Shown here: positions 39,480-51,500 of the stretch, piece after piece
How positions within the stretch are numbered: position 1 is the stretch's first letter
Layout: each line of letters opens with the position of its first letter
The notes under the pieces: model-generated
Database searches by the model: none
What the model saw: only the letters and a program-made list of their open reading frames with translations
Told to the model about the DNA's origin: nothing
Program-made: the position numbers and the translations under genes
Assembly (NCBI GenBank): GCA_963662625.1
Contig: OY759726.1
Location: forward strand, 64,001-128,000
Direction of reading: 5' to 3'
Origin: Nitrosopumilus sp.
Lineage (GTDB): Archaea > Thermoproteota > Nitrososphaeria > Nitrososphaerales > Nitrosopumilaceae
DNA: 64,000 nt

Positions 39480-40205
39480 CTACATGTACATCCCGGACAG
39501 TTCCTTCCTGTGCTCCACGTACCGCTGGGACATGTCGCCAAAGTCGGCGTGGATCCGGTCCTTCTCATCCTGCAGCCCCGCGGAGTCTATCTCCATGTCG
39601 TAGAACCTGTTCACGGCCTCGATGAGTGTGGCCGCCGCGGTCGGGTCCGGGTGCGTCTGGCTCGCCTTTGCCAGCAGCGTCAGGCCCCGGATGTCCCTTA
39701 CCATGCACTCGTTGAGGATCCCGCCCGGGATCCCCGTGATGAACCCCTGCGGGATCATGCTGATGTCCTTGTCCGCCATGGTCCTGACCAGGTCCTCCTC
39801 CGCGGCGCAGTACGCCTTGTCGTCGTGCTCGTCGCTCGCGACGCCGTCTAGGATCACGATCTCCTTGGAGCCCTTCCCGGCCGCCCAGTCCAGTATGGAC
39901 GAGACCAGCGCGTACAGCCCCTCCATCCTGAGCGTGATCTCGCAGATTATCGCGCAGATGGTGCCCTCCCTGTTCGCGTAGAACCTGAAGGGGTGCCTCA
40001 GCCTCCCCCTGATGAACACCGTCGACGGGGGAAGGTGCCTAGACCGCATCACGCCGATCTCAGCCATCCCCAGCTCCTTTATTATGTGGTTTATCGCCAG
40101 CGGCCCGACGAGGCCGGCGCCTACGAACCCCGCGAACACCACTGGGCTCTTCAGGTCCGCATGCCCCGTCTCGAACACCTCCGCCTCGGGAAACCCGCCT
40201 TCCAC
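39480..40205 (-). CDS. Proteasome assembly chaperone PAC2 family protein
   Basis: GFVGAGLVG, HPFRFY, PDPTAAA, C-terminal MYM (HbYX-like). Confidence 0.9.
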   Translation of the reverse strand: MEGGFPEAEVFETGHADLKSPVVFAGFVGAGLVGPLAINHIIKELGMAEIGVMRSRHLPPSTVFIRGRLRHPFRFYANREGTICAIICEITLRMEGLYALVSSILDWAAGKGSKEIVILDGVASDEHDDKAYCAAEEDLVRTMADKDISMIPQGFITGIPGGILNECMVRDIRGLTLLAKASQTHPDPTAAATLIEAVNRFYDMEIDSAGLQDEKDRIHADFGDMSQRYVEHRKELSGMYM

Positions 40206-40227
40206 GGTTTACGTCGATCCGTCCCGG

Positions 40228-40575
40228 CTAATTACTCTTCTGGATGAACAGGCCCAGCATCGTCATCCCCCTGTCCGTGATGGAGTACATCATGTACGCG
40301 CCCGACGCCTCCTTTCTCACGAAGTCGTACTCCATGCACAGGTGCAGGTAGTTCAGGAACGACCGCTTCATCCTGATCTTCGACTTTAGGTACAGCTCCG
40401 AAAACGTCACCGGGCCCCCCCTCAGCTGGTACAGCAGCTTCAGGAGTGTCAGCGTGCTGTAGTCCCTCGTCTTCGCCCTCACCGCGTCGAGGACCTGCTC
40501 GTCCCTCCGGACGATAAAGCCCCCGAGCTGGTCCGCCACCTCGACGGGGACGTACGTCAGCCTGGCGCGCAACAT
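40228..40575 (-). CDS. Winged-helix hypothetical protein
   Basis: FSELY...FLNYLHLC...YSITDRG. Confidence 0.75.
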   Translation of the reverse strand: MLRARLTYVPVEVADQLGGFIVRRDEQVLDAVRAKTRDYSTLTLLKLLYQLRGGPVTFSELYLKSKIRMKRSFLNYLHLCMEYDFVRKEASGAYMMYSITDRGMTMLGLFIQKSN

Positions 40576-40595
40576 ACCGTATGGTACGGTACGTT
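40571..40595. promoter_or_regulatory. 11-bp inverted repeat over the start codon (operator-like)
   Basis: aacataccgta-tgg-tacggtacgtt, one mismatch. Confidence 0.5.
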
Positions 40596-40727
40596 ACCTT
40601 ATTAACCTTGCAGGGAGCTTTGTTGGCCCGGCTTGTCTGTTTTTTTACACCAGCGGCGCCGGCGGGGATCCCCGGCCAAGAGGGGGGCGGGGCATCGCTT
40701 TTAAGCAGTCCGGCGCGAACTAGTGGC

Positions 40728-41660
40728 GTGGAGCTGCTCATCAACGCCGCGCTGACCTGCGCAGGCATCGCAATGCTGTGCTTTGGCGGGAACTGGCTCG
40801 TCAGCGGCGGCGAGGCGGTCGCCAGGAAGTTCCGGGTGAGCAGCATGGTGATAGGCATGACCGTGGTGGCCTACGGCACGTCCACCCCGGAACTCGCCGC
40901 AAGCATAGCGGCCCTGGAACAGCACAGGGACGTGGTCCTGGGCAACGTCATAGGCAGCAACATAGCCAACGTGGGGCTCGTCGTCGGGCTGGCCGCGGTC
41001 ATGGCCCCGCTCGCGGTCCACAGGCCCACCCTGCGCAGGGAGGTCCCCGTGATGGTGGCCTTCGCCCTGCTGCTGATCGGGCTGTCGGTGGACGGCATGG
41101 TGTCGCGTTACGACGGGCTGCTCCTGATCGCGCTCCTGCTGTCGTTCACCGTATACACCTACAGGCGTGCCAGGTCCAGCCGGCGGGAGGACGGCGGCAG
41201 GCAGGAGGCCCCCCGGGGCTCCTACGCCCGCCCCCTGCTGTTTCTCGGGGTGGGCGTGGCCCTCCTGTACGTGGGCGCGGAGCTGACTGTGGACAACGCG
41301 GTGCTGATCGCAGAGGAGTTTGGGATCCCCAAGCGCGTCGTCGGGATAACCGTAATCGCCGTGGGGACCTCGCTGCCCGAGCTGATCACGTCGATCATAG
41401 CGATAAGGAAGGGGCACACGGACATCGGCATCGGGAACATAATCGGGAGCAACATATACAACATCCTGATGATCATGGGGGTGGCCTCGGCCATGGCGGG
41501 GATCGCCGTGCCGCCCGACGCCTTCTACGACTATGCCATCATGGTCGCCTTCAGCCTGGCCCTGTTCCTCGGGCTGGTCTCCGGGGTGATCGGCCGCAGG
41601 ACGGGGGCTGGGCTGGCCGCGGCGTATTTCGCGTACCTGGCGTTCAACCTGCTGCGGTGA
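40728..41660 (+). CDS. Calcium/sodium antiporter (CaCA, YrbG-like)
   Basis: GTSTPE/GTSLPE and GNVIGSNI/GNIIGSNI alpha repeats. Confidence 0.93.
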   Translation: MELLINAALTCAGIAMLCFGGNWLVSGGEAVARKFRVSSMVIGMTVVAYGTSTPELAASIAALEQHRDVVLGNVIGSNIANVGLVVGLAAVMAPLAVHRPTLRREVPVMVAFALLLIGLSVDGMVSRYDGLLLIALLLSFTVYTYRRARSSRREDGGRQEAPRGSYARPLLFLGVGVALLYVGAELTVDNAVLIAEEFGIPKRVVGITVIAVGTSLPELITSIIAIRKGHTDIGIGNIIGSNIYNILMIMGVASAMAGIAVPPDAFYDYAIMVAFSLALFLGLVSGVIGRRTGAGLAAAYFAYLAFNLLR

Positions 41661-41665
41661 CCGCC

Positions 41666-43018
41666 TCAGATCGGCTCCGCCGGGACGCCCTCGAACCTTA
41701 CCGCGGGCGCGATCGACGGCGACGACGCCCACTGCATGACGTTCCGCGCCTCCCTCCCCACGCCGGAGACGCCCCGCAGCATGGCCGGCAGGCTGTGGAT
41801 TATCCTGACCGGCTTTCCGGGGCCCGTGATCTCGCCGTTCTCTATTATCCTCGTCCCGCTCCTCGCGGTGCACGAAAAGTCCCCCCTGATCGGGTTGAGC
41901 GCGTACGTGTACCAGAGCCTCCCCACCAGCAGCCCGCGCCTAGTCTCCCCGACCAGCTCCCCCACGGACTGGTCACCCGCCTCGATGCGCAGGTTGTGCG
42001 GGGCCGACACCGGGACGGGATCCGCGCTCCTCCCCATGGGCAGGCCCGGCCTCGCGGCGTTTCCCGTGGAGCCCTTCCCGTCCCTGAACCCGTCGTAGAG
42101 GTTCGAGAAGACGTTCCGGAGGACCCCGCCGCCGATCAGCGTGTTCCTCCCGGTCCCCACGCCCTCGTCGTCAAACGGCTTCGTGCCGATCCCCTGGGGG
42201 GCGTGCGGATCGTCGACCAGGCTGAGGCGCGCGTCGGCCACCTGCCTCCCAAGCATTCCCGCGAAGCAGCTCCTCCCCTCCGAGAACGCCTTCAGGCCGA
42301 AGTTGGGGGCCGCGACGAACGCCAGGAGCTCCCCGACCGAGTACGGCTCGAGGATCAGCGTGTACCTGCCCCCCTCGCACCGCGCCGGGTTGGCCGAGCC
42401 GGCGCACATGTCCCCGGAGTCGAGGCCTACCGTTTCCGCGGAGAAGGCGTCCAGCGTCCTGCAGCACTGGTGCCCCATCCCCGAGGCGTGCTCCTCCCCG
42501 GACTCCGCGTCGACCATCGCCGAGATGTACGTGGCCCTGTCAGATCCGCGCAGGCCGTTCGAGTTGCAGATTTCAAACTTCTCCGAGACGACGTTGAGCG
42601 AGCCCGACACCGAGCCTGCCCCCCCGCCCAGCGCCGAGTTGATCATCTCCTGCGCGATGTCGGCCGCGCCGGCGCCGCTGATGCGTTCCAGCCTCCTGTC
42701 GAACGTCCCCTCCAGCGGGCCGGCCCCGCCGATCTCCTGCGGCAGCCGCTGCCAGAACCCCCTCTCCCTGGATCCCGGCGCGCGCAGCAGGCCCTCGACG
42801 GCACCCTCGAGATCCCCCTCGTCGCAGGTCCGGTACGAGGAGATCCTCTTCCGGTGGATCACCCTCGCCCCGAAGCACTCCTCCCCGGACTGCTTGAGCT
42901 CCGCGATCTCCGAGCCCGTGATCCTGACGGTGGTCGTCCTCCTTTCCACCGCCGAGACCTCGCACTCGTCTATGCCCAGCCTCCGGGCGCGGTTGAGCAC
43001 CCCGTCGAACTCCGGCAA
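41666..43018 (-). CDS. TldD/PmbA family protein (PmbA-like)
   Basis: PFDDEG, STGNA, NPIRGDFS, IENGEI; no HExxH noticed. Confidence 0.9.
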   Translation of the reverse strand: MPEFDGVLNRARRLGIDECEVSAVERRTTTVRITGSEIAELKQSGEECFGARVIHRKRISSYRTCDEGDLEGAVEGLLRAPGSRERGFWQRLPQEIGGAGPLEGTFDRRLERISGAGAADIAQEMINSALGGGAGSVSGSLNVVSEKFEICNSNGLRGSDRATYISAMVDAESGEEHASGMGHQCCRTLDAFSAETVGLDSGDMCAGSANPARCEGGRYTLILEPYSVGELLAFVAAPNFGLKAFSEGRSCFAGMLGRQVADARLSLVDDPHAPQGIGTKPFDDEGVGTGRNTLIGGGVLRNVFSNLYDGFRDGKGSTGNAARPGLPMGRSADPVPVSAPHNLRIEAGDQSVGELVGETRRGLLVGRLWYTYALNPIRGDFSCTARSGTRIIENGEITGPGKPVRIIHSLPAMLRGVSGVGREARNVMQWASSPSIAPAVRFEGVPAEPI

Positions 43019-44272
43019 TCACTGCCGCCTTGGGTTCTTGTAGCTGAACTTGCCCGTCCTCACCAGTTCCACGTACGAGCCGAACCTGCCCGCGTCGGCC
43101 ACCCTGTCCAGATCCTCGTCTTCGGGCGGGCCCTCGAACCTGCGCAGTATCTCGTAGTTCGTGTTCCTTTCTGCCGGCACCCTGCCGATCTCCCTCGCGA
43201 GCCTCTTGATCTCCCCCGGCCTGATCAGCTGCCCGTGGCCCGCTCCCGCGGACGTCGAGATGCTCTCGTTGATCAGCGTGCCCCCGAAGTCGTTGGCCCC
43301 CCACATCAGCAGCAGCTGCGACATCTTCGGGCCCTCCTTGACCCACGACATCTGGATGTTGTCTATGTGGCCGTTGAGCATGATCCTCGCCACCGCGTGC
43401 GTCAGCAGCACGTCGTTTCCGCTCCCGCCCTGCCTTATCCCCTCGTGGAGCCGGTGCTTGTACATGGGCGCCTCGGTGTGCACGAAGTTGAGCGGGACGA
43501 ACTCCGTGAACCCGCCCGTCTCCCTCTGGATGTCCCGGATCTTCGCGATGTGGTTGGCCCTGTCCTCCGGCGACTCGACGTGGCCGAACATCATGGTCGA
43601 CGTGGTGCGCATCCCCAGCCCGTGCGCGGTCTTTATGATCTCCACCCAGTCCTTCACGGATATCCGGCCCGGCGAGATCGCGTCCCTTATCCCCTGGTCG
43701 AGTATCTCGGCGGCGGTGCCGGGGAGCGTGTCCACGCCGGCGTCCTTGAGGCGCCCGAGGTACTCCGGGATCGAGGCCCCCGACATCCTCGCCCCGTACA
43801 GCACCTCCTCCGGGGAGAACCCGTGTATGTGGATGTCCGGCACCTCCGCCTTTATCGCCCGGCAGATCCCCTCGTACAGCCCCCCGTCCATGTCCGGGGG
43901 CAGGCCGGCCTGGATGCACACCTCGGTGGCGCCGAGCAGGCGGGCCTCCTTTGCGCGCCTTACTATCTCCCCGGTAGGCAGGAAGTAGCCCTCCCCCTCC
44001 CTGAAGTCCCTGCTGAAGGCGCAAAAGCCGCACTGCTTTACGCACACGTTGGTAAAGTTGATGTTCCGGTTCACGACGTAGGTCACCGTGTCCCCCGCCC
44101 TGCTCCTCCTGATCTCGTCGGCGGCCATCCCCACCATGTGGAAGTCGATCCCCCTCGCGCCGTAGAGCTCCGCCCCCTCCTTGGCGGAGACCTCCCTGCC
44201 GGACAGCGCCCGCGACAGGATGCCGGCGACGACCGGGTCCCCGTCCCTCAGCAGCCTTTCCACCCCGGTCAC
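43019..44272 (-). CDS. cofH: F420 biosynthesis radical SAM enzyme CofH
   Basis: NRNINFTNVCVKQCGFCAF, PGTAAEIL, TMMFGHVE, NIQMSWVK, GANDFGGTL. Confidence 0.93.
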   Translation of the reverse strand: MTGVERLLRDGDPVVAGILSRALSGREVSAKEGAELYGARGIDFHMVGMAADEIRRSRAGDTVTYVVNRNINFTNVCVKQCGFCAFSRDFREGEGYFLPTGEIVRRAKEARLLGATEVCIQAGLPPDMDGGLYEGICRAIKAEVPDIHIHGFSPEEVLYGARMSGASIPEYLGRLKDAGVDTLPGTAAEILDQGIRDAISPGRISVKDWVEIIKTAHGLGMRTTSTMMFGHVESPEDRANHIAKIRDIQRETGGFTEFVPLNFVHTEAPMYKHRLHEGIRQGGSGNDVLLTHAVARIMLNGHIDNIQMSWVKEGPKMSQLLLMWGANDFGGTLINESISTSAGAGHGQLIRPGEIKRLAREIGRVPAERNTNYEILRRFEGPPEDEDLDRVADAGRFGSYVELVRTGKFSYKNPRRQ

Positions 44273-45435
44273 CTCCAGTACCCCTCCATCACCAGCCCCC
44301 CGTCCTCGATCATGGCCATCTTGTCCCTTAGCTCTTTGCTCACCATCGGGAAGAATTCCGGGTACACGGGGAACCTGCATTTCAGCTCAAAGCCCTCCGC
44401 CCCGGTGAGCTCCCCCACCCTGCCTATGGCGGGCCACGAGAACTCGGGGTTCACGTGGTCGGCGGTCAGCGGCGATATCCCCCCCCAGTCGTTGATTCCC
44501 GCGGGCAGGAAGCTCTGGTACGAGCCGGGCGACAGGTTGGGCGGGACCTGTATGTTGGCCTCCGGCATCATTACGCGCGTGAGCGCCACCACCGCCCTGA
44601 AGTAGTCCCCGCCTGCCGGCGGGGCCCCGGCCATCGGCGTGCCCGGCTTTGGCCGGAAGTTCTGCAGGATCACCTCCTGTATGTTGCCGTGTTCCCGGTG
44701 CACGTCCCTGATCGCGGCGATCGAGTCCACGGCCTCCTCCGGCGTCTCCCCCATCCCCACGAGGAGCCCCGTGGTCACGGGGATCCCGAGGCTCCCGGCG
44801 TCCCTCAGCACCCCCAGCCGGGCCTCCGGCCTCTTGCTCGCGGCCAGGTGGTGCGGCATGCCCTCCCCGCAGAGCCTCTCGCTGGCGCTTTCCAGCATCA
44901 GCCCCACCGAGACGTTCGTCTTTTGAAGCTCCGCCAGGTCCTTCTTCTTCAGGTTCCCCGCGTTGGTGTGGGGGAACAGCCCCGCGTCCAGCGCCATCTC
45001 GGACGCGTGCGCCAGGTACTCCGCGGTGGATCCAAACCCGTCGGCGGCCAGCCACTCCCTCGCCTCGGCGTACCTGGCCTCGGGCTCCTCGCCCGTGACG
45101 AACAGCGCCTCCACGCACCGGTGCGCCCTGGCGAGCTCCAGCAGCCGCCGGGTGTCCCGCAGCGACATGGCCGAGAGCTTCGCCTCCCCGGGCTCCGCCT
45201 TGTACGTGCAATAGGAGCACGCGTCCCTGCACATGTTCACGACGTTGCAGAACACCTTCTTCGAGAACGTGACGCGCCTCCCCTTGGACCGGTCCCGCAG
45301 GCCCCGCGCCGCCGCGAAGAGCTCGCCGGGATCGCGCCTCGCGTCCTCGTATATCTGCACCGCCTCGCCGCGCGAGACGGCCTTGCCGTCCAGAACGTTG
45401 TTTAAACTCTCGGAGTTTAACACGAGCCTGCTCAA
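44269..45435 (-). CDS. cofG: FO synthase subunit CofG
   Basis: CRDACSYC, PHTNAG, QEVILQNF, QVPPNL, DWGGISP. Confidence 0.93.
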   Translation of the reverse strand: MSRLVLNSESLNNVLDGKAVSRGEAVQIYEDARRDPGELFAAARGLRDRSKGRRVTFSKKVFCNVVNMCRDACSYCTYKAEPGEAKLSAMSLRDTRRLLELARAHRCVEALFVTGEEPEARYAEAREWLAADGFGSTAEYLAHASEMALDAGLFPHTNAGNLKKKDLAELQKTNVSVGLMLESASERLCGEGMPHHLAASKRPEARLGVLRDAGSLGIPVTTGLLVGMGETPEEAVDSIAAIRDVHREHGNIQEVILQNFRPKPGTPMAGAPPAGGDYFRAVVALTRVMMPEANIQVPPNLSPGSYQSFLPAGINDWGGISPLTADHVNPEFSWPAIGRVGELTGAEGFELKCRFPVYPEFFPMVSKELRDKMAMIEDGGLVMEGYWR

Positions 45436-45523
45436 TAGGGTTGATGCCTGTCTAGGAGTATTTATGCTTGTGCCGGCCGGATCCCCGCCCGCGGTTCCGC
45501 GGGCCGGCCCCGGCGTGCCGCGC

Positions 45524-48500
45524 CTACCGTGCCGGCACCAGGCCCACCAGCATCTGCACCGTCGAGCCGGGCTCCGGCGCGGACACGGTGAGCGCGCCTG
45601 CCACCCCGGACGCCGGGTCGACCGGCGAGGTCACCCCGGAGTAGCCCTCCGGGACCACCACCTGCGCCAGGAAGTCGGCCGGGGCTATGTCCGACTTTGT
45701 GGCCGTGCCGTCGTTCCCGGTGGCCACCGAGTCCAGCTCGTTGGTGGTGTACGTGTACACGGTCACCGTCACGCCGGGGATGGCCGGCTCGCCCTCGTCA
45801 AGCGCGCCGTTGGAGTTGGAGTCGGCGTACGCCGTGACCTCGAGCGTCACGGCCTCCGACGGTTGTACGGGACGGAACCCGACGTCGAACGTCGCCGGCG
45901 CGTCGGCCGCGGTCTGGATGTACGCGAACTGGCTCCCGGTGGTTATGGTGTGGTCGAATGGGAAGTAGGTGGCCTGCACCAGCGTCGTCGCGGACGGGGT
46001 CAGGCCGTCAAAGTAGTACGTGCCGTCCGAGCAGGTGACGGCCTCCAGGACGCCCGAGTCGGAGGGGGGCGCGTCCTGGTTGTAGACGCCGCTGCCGAAC
46101 ACGTAGCCGTCGTGCAGCATCAGGAGGGACTTCTTGGGCTCCACCATGCCGGTCGCCGGGTTGGCAAAGTCGTAGCTCGCGGTGGCCCTGCCGTCGCGCG
46201 CCAGGTCGCGGAGGATGTCCGGCCATTCTGGAAGCATGGTGATCACCGAGACCGCGCCGACGCGTGCCGGGTTGGCGCCGTGCGACACTATTATGCGGGA
46301 GTCGGGGTCGATCACGAACGGGTAGGTGGGCTGCGTGCTCTGCATGGAGTTGATCGACGCGAATGCCTCCGCTGTCCCGAGCCGGTCGTACGTGGCGATG
46401 GCGTTCTGGATGACCACCTGCGGGCTCGCCAGGTCCACGGCGTACATGGAGTACCCTGGTATGCCGGCCTCGCCGGGATCCCGGACCCCGTCGCCGTCGG
46501 AGTCGGTGAAGACCGTCCCCGTCACCAGGGCGGTGTTGCCGCCGGCGTCGTTGCCGACGGTCACCGTCAGGTCCACGGAGTTGGGTGACGCGAAGCCGCC
46601 CACCGACGTTACGGTGATGTCGTAGGAGGGCTTGGAGTACTCGGAGGAGACCGACCGCAGGTAGCTCCCGCAGACCTCGAAGAGGTCGCCGTCGCCGCCT
46701 GGCGCCACGCCGTACGTCGGGGCCTGGGCCGCCAGGAAGGCGTTCTGGGCCATGACGGCGGCCACCAGGGTGTCGCCGGCGTTGACCGCCGTGTCTGCCG
46801 GGACGGCGTACCACGGGCCCAGGTCTTGGCCGAACGACGCGGCAAAGTGGAACATGCGGGTCATGTCGGCCGCGCCCGAGACGTCCCAGGAGCCGACGGG
46901 CTGGTTGAACGACGCGGCGTCGAGGAACATGTAGGACATGTCCCTCACGGACGAGACGTCCCAGGAGCCGATGGGTTGGTTGAACGACGCGGCGTGGGCG
47001 AACATGTTGTTCATGTCGGTGACGCTGGAGACGTCCCAGGAGCCGACGGGCTGGTCAAAGTAGGCGGTGTGGGCGAACATGGAGGAGGTGTCGGTGACGC
47101 TGGAGGTGTCCCAGCCGGAGACGTCGCCGTTGAAGGCCGTGGCGTGGGCGAACATGTCCGGCGCGTAGGCGACTGCCGAGGTGTCCCAAGAGCCCAGGTC
47201 CTGGTCGAAGAGCCTGGCGTCGAGGAACATCGACGTCATGTCGGTGACGTTGGAGGTGTCCCAGGAGCCTATTGGCTGGTTGAACGACGTGGCGTGGGCG
47301 AACAGGTAGGACATGTCGGTGACGTTGGAGGTGTCCCAGGAGCCTATTGGCTGGTTGAAGCGGGGGGCCACGGAGAACGTGGAGAACATGCTGGTCACGC
47401 TGGAGGTGTCCCAGTTCGAGACGTCGCCGTTGAAGGAGGCGGCGTGGGCGAACATCGCGGACATGTCGGTGACGTTGGAGGTGTCCCAGGCGGAGACGTC
47501 GCCGTTGAAGGCCGTGGCGAATATGAACATGTAGGACATGTCGGTGACGTTGGAGGTGTCCCAGGAGTCCAGCGGCTGGTTGAAGGAGACGGCCGCGTTG
47601 AACAGGCGGAACATGTCGGTGACGTTGGAGGTGTCCCAGGAGTTGAGGGGCTGGTCGAATGACCTGGCCTCGGCGAACATGCGCGTCATGGCGGTGACGC
47701 TGGAGGTGTCCCAGGAGTCTATTGGCTGGTTGAACGACGTGGCGTGGGCGAACATGCGCGTCATGTCGGTGACATTCGAGACGTCCCAGGAGCCGATGGG
47801 CTGGTTGAAGGCGGCAGCGCCGGAGAGCATGAGGGCCATGTCGGTCACGCCGGAGGTGTCCCAGGAGCCGATGGGCTGGTTGAAGATGTCGGCGTAGGTG
47901 AACATGTAGGACATGTCGGTGATGCCCGAGGTGTCCCAGCCGGAGACGTCGCCGTTGAAGGAGGCGGCGCGGAAGAACATGAACGAGAGGTTGGTGACGC
48001 CGGAGAGGTCAGGCATGTCGGTGGCGCTGTACGTCATGCGGGTCGCGCCATGGAACGCCGACTCCATCGTGGACCACTGGGCGGCGCCCCACTGGTCTAT
48101 GGAGCGGATCTTGGTGGCGTTGAATGGGTCGCCTCCCAGGTAGATCCTGGTAAAGTCGCCAGATATCCTGACCTGGTACGTGCCGGGGGCGTCGTACGCG
48201 TGCGCGGCGTCGCCCGTCTCCATGGTGGAGGCGCCGTCGCCCCAGTCGACCGTGTAGGTGCCCGTGGCGCCGCCGACGGGGATCCTGACGGACTCGCCGG
48301 GGCGCTTCGTCTCCCAGGTGGTGACGAAGTCGGCCTGGGAGGTGGTGGCGTACATCACGTATACCGAGGACGAGATCGGGGCACCCACCGCCAGGTCGGT
48401 GTAGCCGTCGCCGTCGAGGTCACCGAGGCTGGTGACTGACGCGCCAAAGTAGGCGTTTTCCGCCAGCGCCGGGCCGTTGGGGGTGTCCCCGTTGACCTCG

Positions 48501-51500
48501 ACGGTGCGCTGCGCTGTGCCGTCGGGGTTGAGGAAGATGACGTAGGTGGTGCCGGTGACGCCGCTCGCCACGGATCCGGTAGCGCCGACGGCGATGTCGA
48601 CCGTGCCGTCTCCGTTGATGTCGCCGATGCCGGAGACGGACTTGCCGAACCGGTCCTCGTTATCCAGGGACGGGCCGTTGGGGGTCTGGGATCCTATCTT
48701 GGCGGCCAGCTTGACGGTGCCGTTGGGGTTCAGGAAGACGATGTGGACATCGCCGGGCGGGATACGCTCCCCTGCTATGGGCCCGATCGCGCCGACGGCG
48801 ATGTCCGTCACGCCGTCGCCGTCGAGGTCGCCGATGTTCGCCGTCGACGTGCCAAAGCCTGCGTTCCTCGCGAGCGCCGGGCCGTTGGGGACGGTTCCGT
48901 TGACCTCGGCGGTGCGCTTGACGGTGCCGTCGGCGTTCAGGAACATCACGTACACGTCACCGGTGGCGGCGCCCCTCAGCAGGTGCCCGGTCGCGCCGAC
49001 GGCGAGATCCGCCACGCCGTCGCCGTCGAGGTCGCCGAGGCCGGCTACCGACTGGCCGAAGCGGTCACCGGTGGAGATGGCCGGGCCGTTGGGGACGGTC
49101 CCGTTGATTTCGGTGGTGCGCTTGACGGTGCCGTCGGCGTTCAGGAACATCACGTGGACGACGCCGCCGGTGGCGGGGCTCATCAGGGATCCCGGCGCGC
49201 CGACGGCGAGATCCGCGGTGCCGTCGCCGTCGAGGTCGCCGAGGCCCGTGACAGACGTGCCGAAGCGGTCGGCGCGCTGCAGTTGGGGCCCGTTGGCCGT
49301 GTCGCCGTTGATCACGGCGGTGCGCTTGACGGTGCCGTCGGAATTCATGAACAGGAGGTAGGCTTCGCCCGTGTAGACGTTCTCGCGTCCCTGTCCGGGG
49401 ATCCCGACTGCGACGTCGGTCGTGCCGTCGCCGTCGAGGTCGCCTATGTTGGCGAGCGACCACCCAAAGTAGTGGTTTACGTACGGCGGGGACGCGGTGT
49501 CCCTGCCCGCGATCTCGGCGGTGCGCTTGACGGTGCCGTCGGGGGCGGGGAAGATGACGTGCACGGTGTCGTCCCCGTACGTGCCGACGGCGATCTCCGC
49601 CACGCCGTCGCCGTCGAGGTCGCCGATGGCCGTGATTGACGAGCCGAAGCGGTGACCCGCGGCCAGGTAGGGCCCGTTGGCCGTGTCGCCGCCGATCCCG
49701 GCGGTGCGCTTTACGGTGCCGTCGGGGTTAAGGAGCATGACGTGTATGCTGCCCCGGACGGCCGAGCCAAAGTTCCCGGGCGCGCCCGCCGCAAGGTCCG
49801 CCACGCCGTCGCCGTCGAGGTCGCCGATGTTCGCGGCGGACTGCCCGAACCTGTCGTTGGCTGCCAGGGACGGGCCGTTGGGCGTCTGGCCGTTGACCCC
49901 GGCGGTGCGCTTGACCGTGCCGTCGGGGTTCAGGAAGATGACGTACAGGTCTCCCGTGGTGGCGCCGTCGATGTTATGCCCCGGCGCGCCGACCGCTATG
50001 TCCACGGTGCCGTCGGAGTCGAGGTCGCCGATGCCGGTGACGGACCTGCCGAACTGGTCGCCGTCGTCCAGGGACGGGCCGTTGGGCGTCTGGCCGTTGA
50101 TCTGGGCGGTGCGCTTGACGGCGCCGTCTGGGTTCAGGAATATCATGTGGATGTCTCCCGTGGAGTCGCCCCTGATCACGTGCCCCGGCGCGCCGACCGC
50201 TATGTCAGTGACGCCGTCGCCGTCAAGGTCGCCGATGGCGGAGACAGACTTGCCGAACTGGTCGCCGTCATCCAGGGACGGGCCGTTGGGGACGGCCCCG
50301 TTGACCCCGGCGGTGCGCTTGACCGTGCCGTCGGGGTTCAGGAACAGCACGTAGAGATCGCCCGTGGCGATGCCGTTGACGTTGTGTCCCGGAGCGCCGA
50401 CGGCGATCTCGACGGTGCCGTCGCCGTCGAGGTCGCCCAGGCTCGCGACCGACTGGCCGAAATGGGCGTTGTTCTCCAGCGTCGGGCCGTTTGGCGTCCC
50501 GCCGTCGATCGTGGAGACGTCCCTTACGGTGCCGTCGGCGTTGAGGAGCAGTATGTGCATTGCTCCCTGGCAATTGCAGCCGGTGGTTCCGGGCGCGCCG
50601 ACGGCTATGTCCGCGTTGCCGTCGCCGTCGAGGTCGCCGAGGCTTGCAGTCGAAAAGCCGAACGTGATATCAGGATTGGTCGCCATGGCTATGTCGCTGC
50701 CCTTGATCTGGTACGTCGACAGGAGCGACAGCGGATCCGCGGATCCCGCGCCGCCGTGTGCCGCGGACGTGTACGCGACGTACACGGATGCCGATGCCGG
50801 CGCCGCCACCGCGACCTCCACGTTGCCGTCGCCGTCGAGGTCGCCTATGCCGCTGACGGCGGCGCCGAAGCGGTCGCCCGCCGTCAGGGACGGGCCGTTT
50901 GGCGTCCCGGAGCCCATCTCGGACGTGCGCTTTACCGTCCCGTCGGGGTTCATGAGCAGCACGAACAGGGATTCCCTGCCGGGCTGCCCTATGACGGGGC
51001 CCGGCGCGCCGACGGCGACGTCGGTGACGCCGTCGGAGTCCAGGTCGCCTATGCCGCTGACGGCGGCGCCGAAGCGGTCGCCCGCGGCCAGGGACGGGCC
51101 GTTGGGGGCCGTCCCGTCGACCTGGGCGGCGCGCTTCACGGTGCCGTCCGGGTTCATGAACAGCACGTGCACGCCGCCCGTGCCGGTGCCGCGGGTGGCG
51201 TGCCCCGGCGCGCCGACTGCGACGTCGGGGACCCCGTCGGAGTCCAGGTCGCCGATCCCCGCGACCGACCACCCAAAGCGGGCGCCGGGCTCCAGCGCGG
51301 GGCCGTTCTGGGAGCCGGCGTTGACCGTCGCGGCGCGCTTCACGGTGCCGTCCGGGTTCATGAACAGCACGTGCACGTCGCCCGTGCCGGAGCCGCGGGT
51401 GGCGTGCCCCGGCGCGCCGACTGCGACGTCGGGGACCCCGTCGCCGTCGAGGTCGCCGATCCCCGACGCGGACTCGCCGAAGCGGGCGTCCGCGGCCAGG

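Noticed and set aside
40778-44605. 1275-aa plus-strand ORF and many other long overlapping ORFs (e.g. 50670-53336, 27368-29200, 53348-54913)
   Set aside because: Shadow frames of real genes in high-GC DNA; Arg/Pro/Gly-rich and without motifs.
46830-48010. ~75-78-bp periodic repeats with variable segments as a CRISPR or DGR
   Set aside because: These are in-frame DUF285 protein repeats; no reverse transcriptase in the window and no adenine-specific variation noticed.
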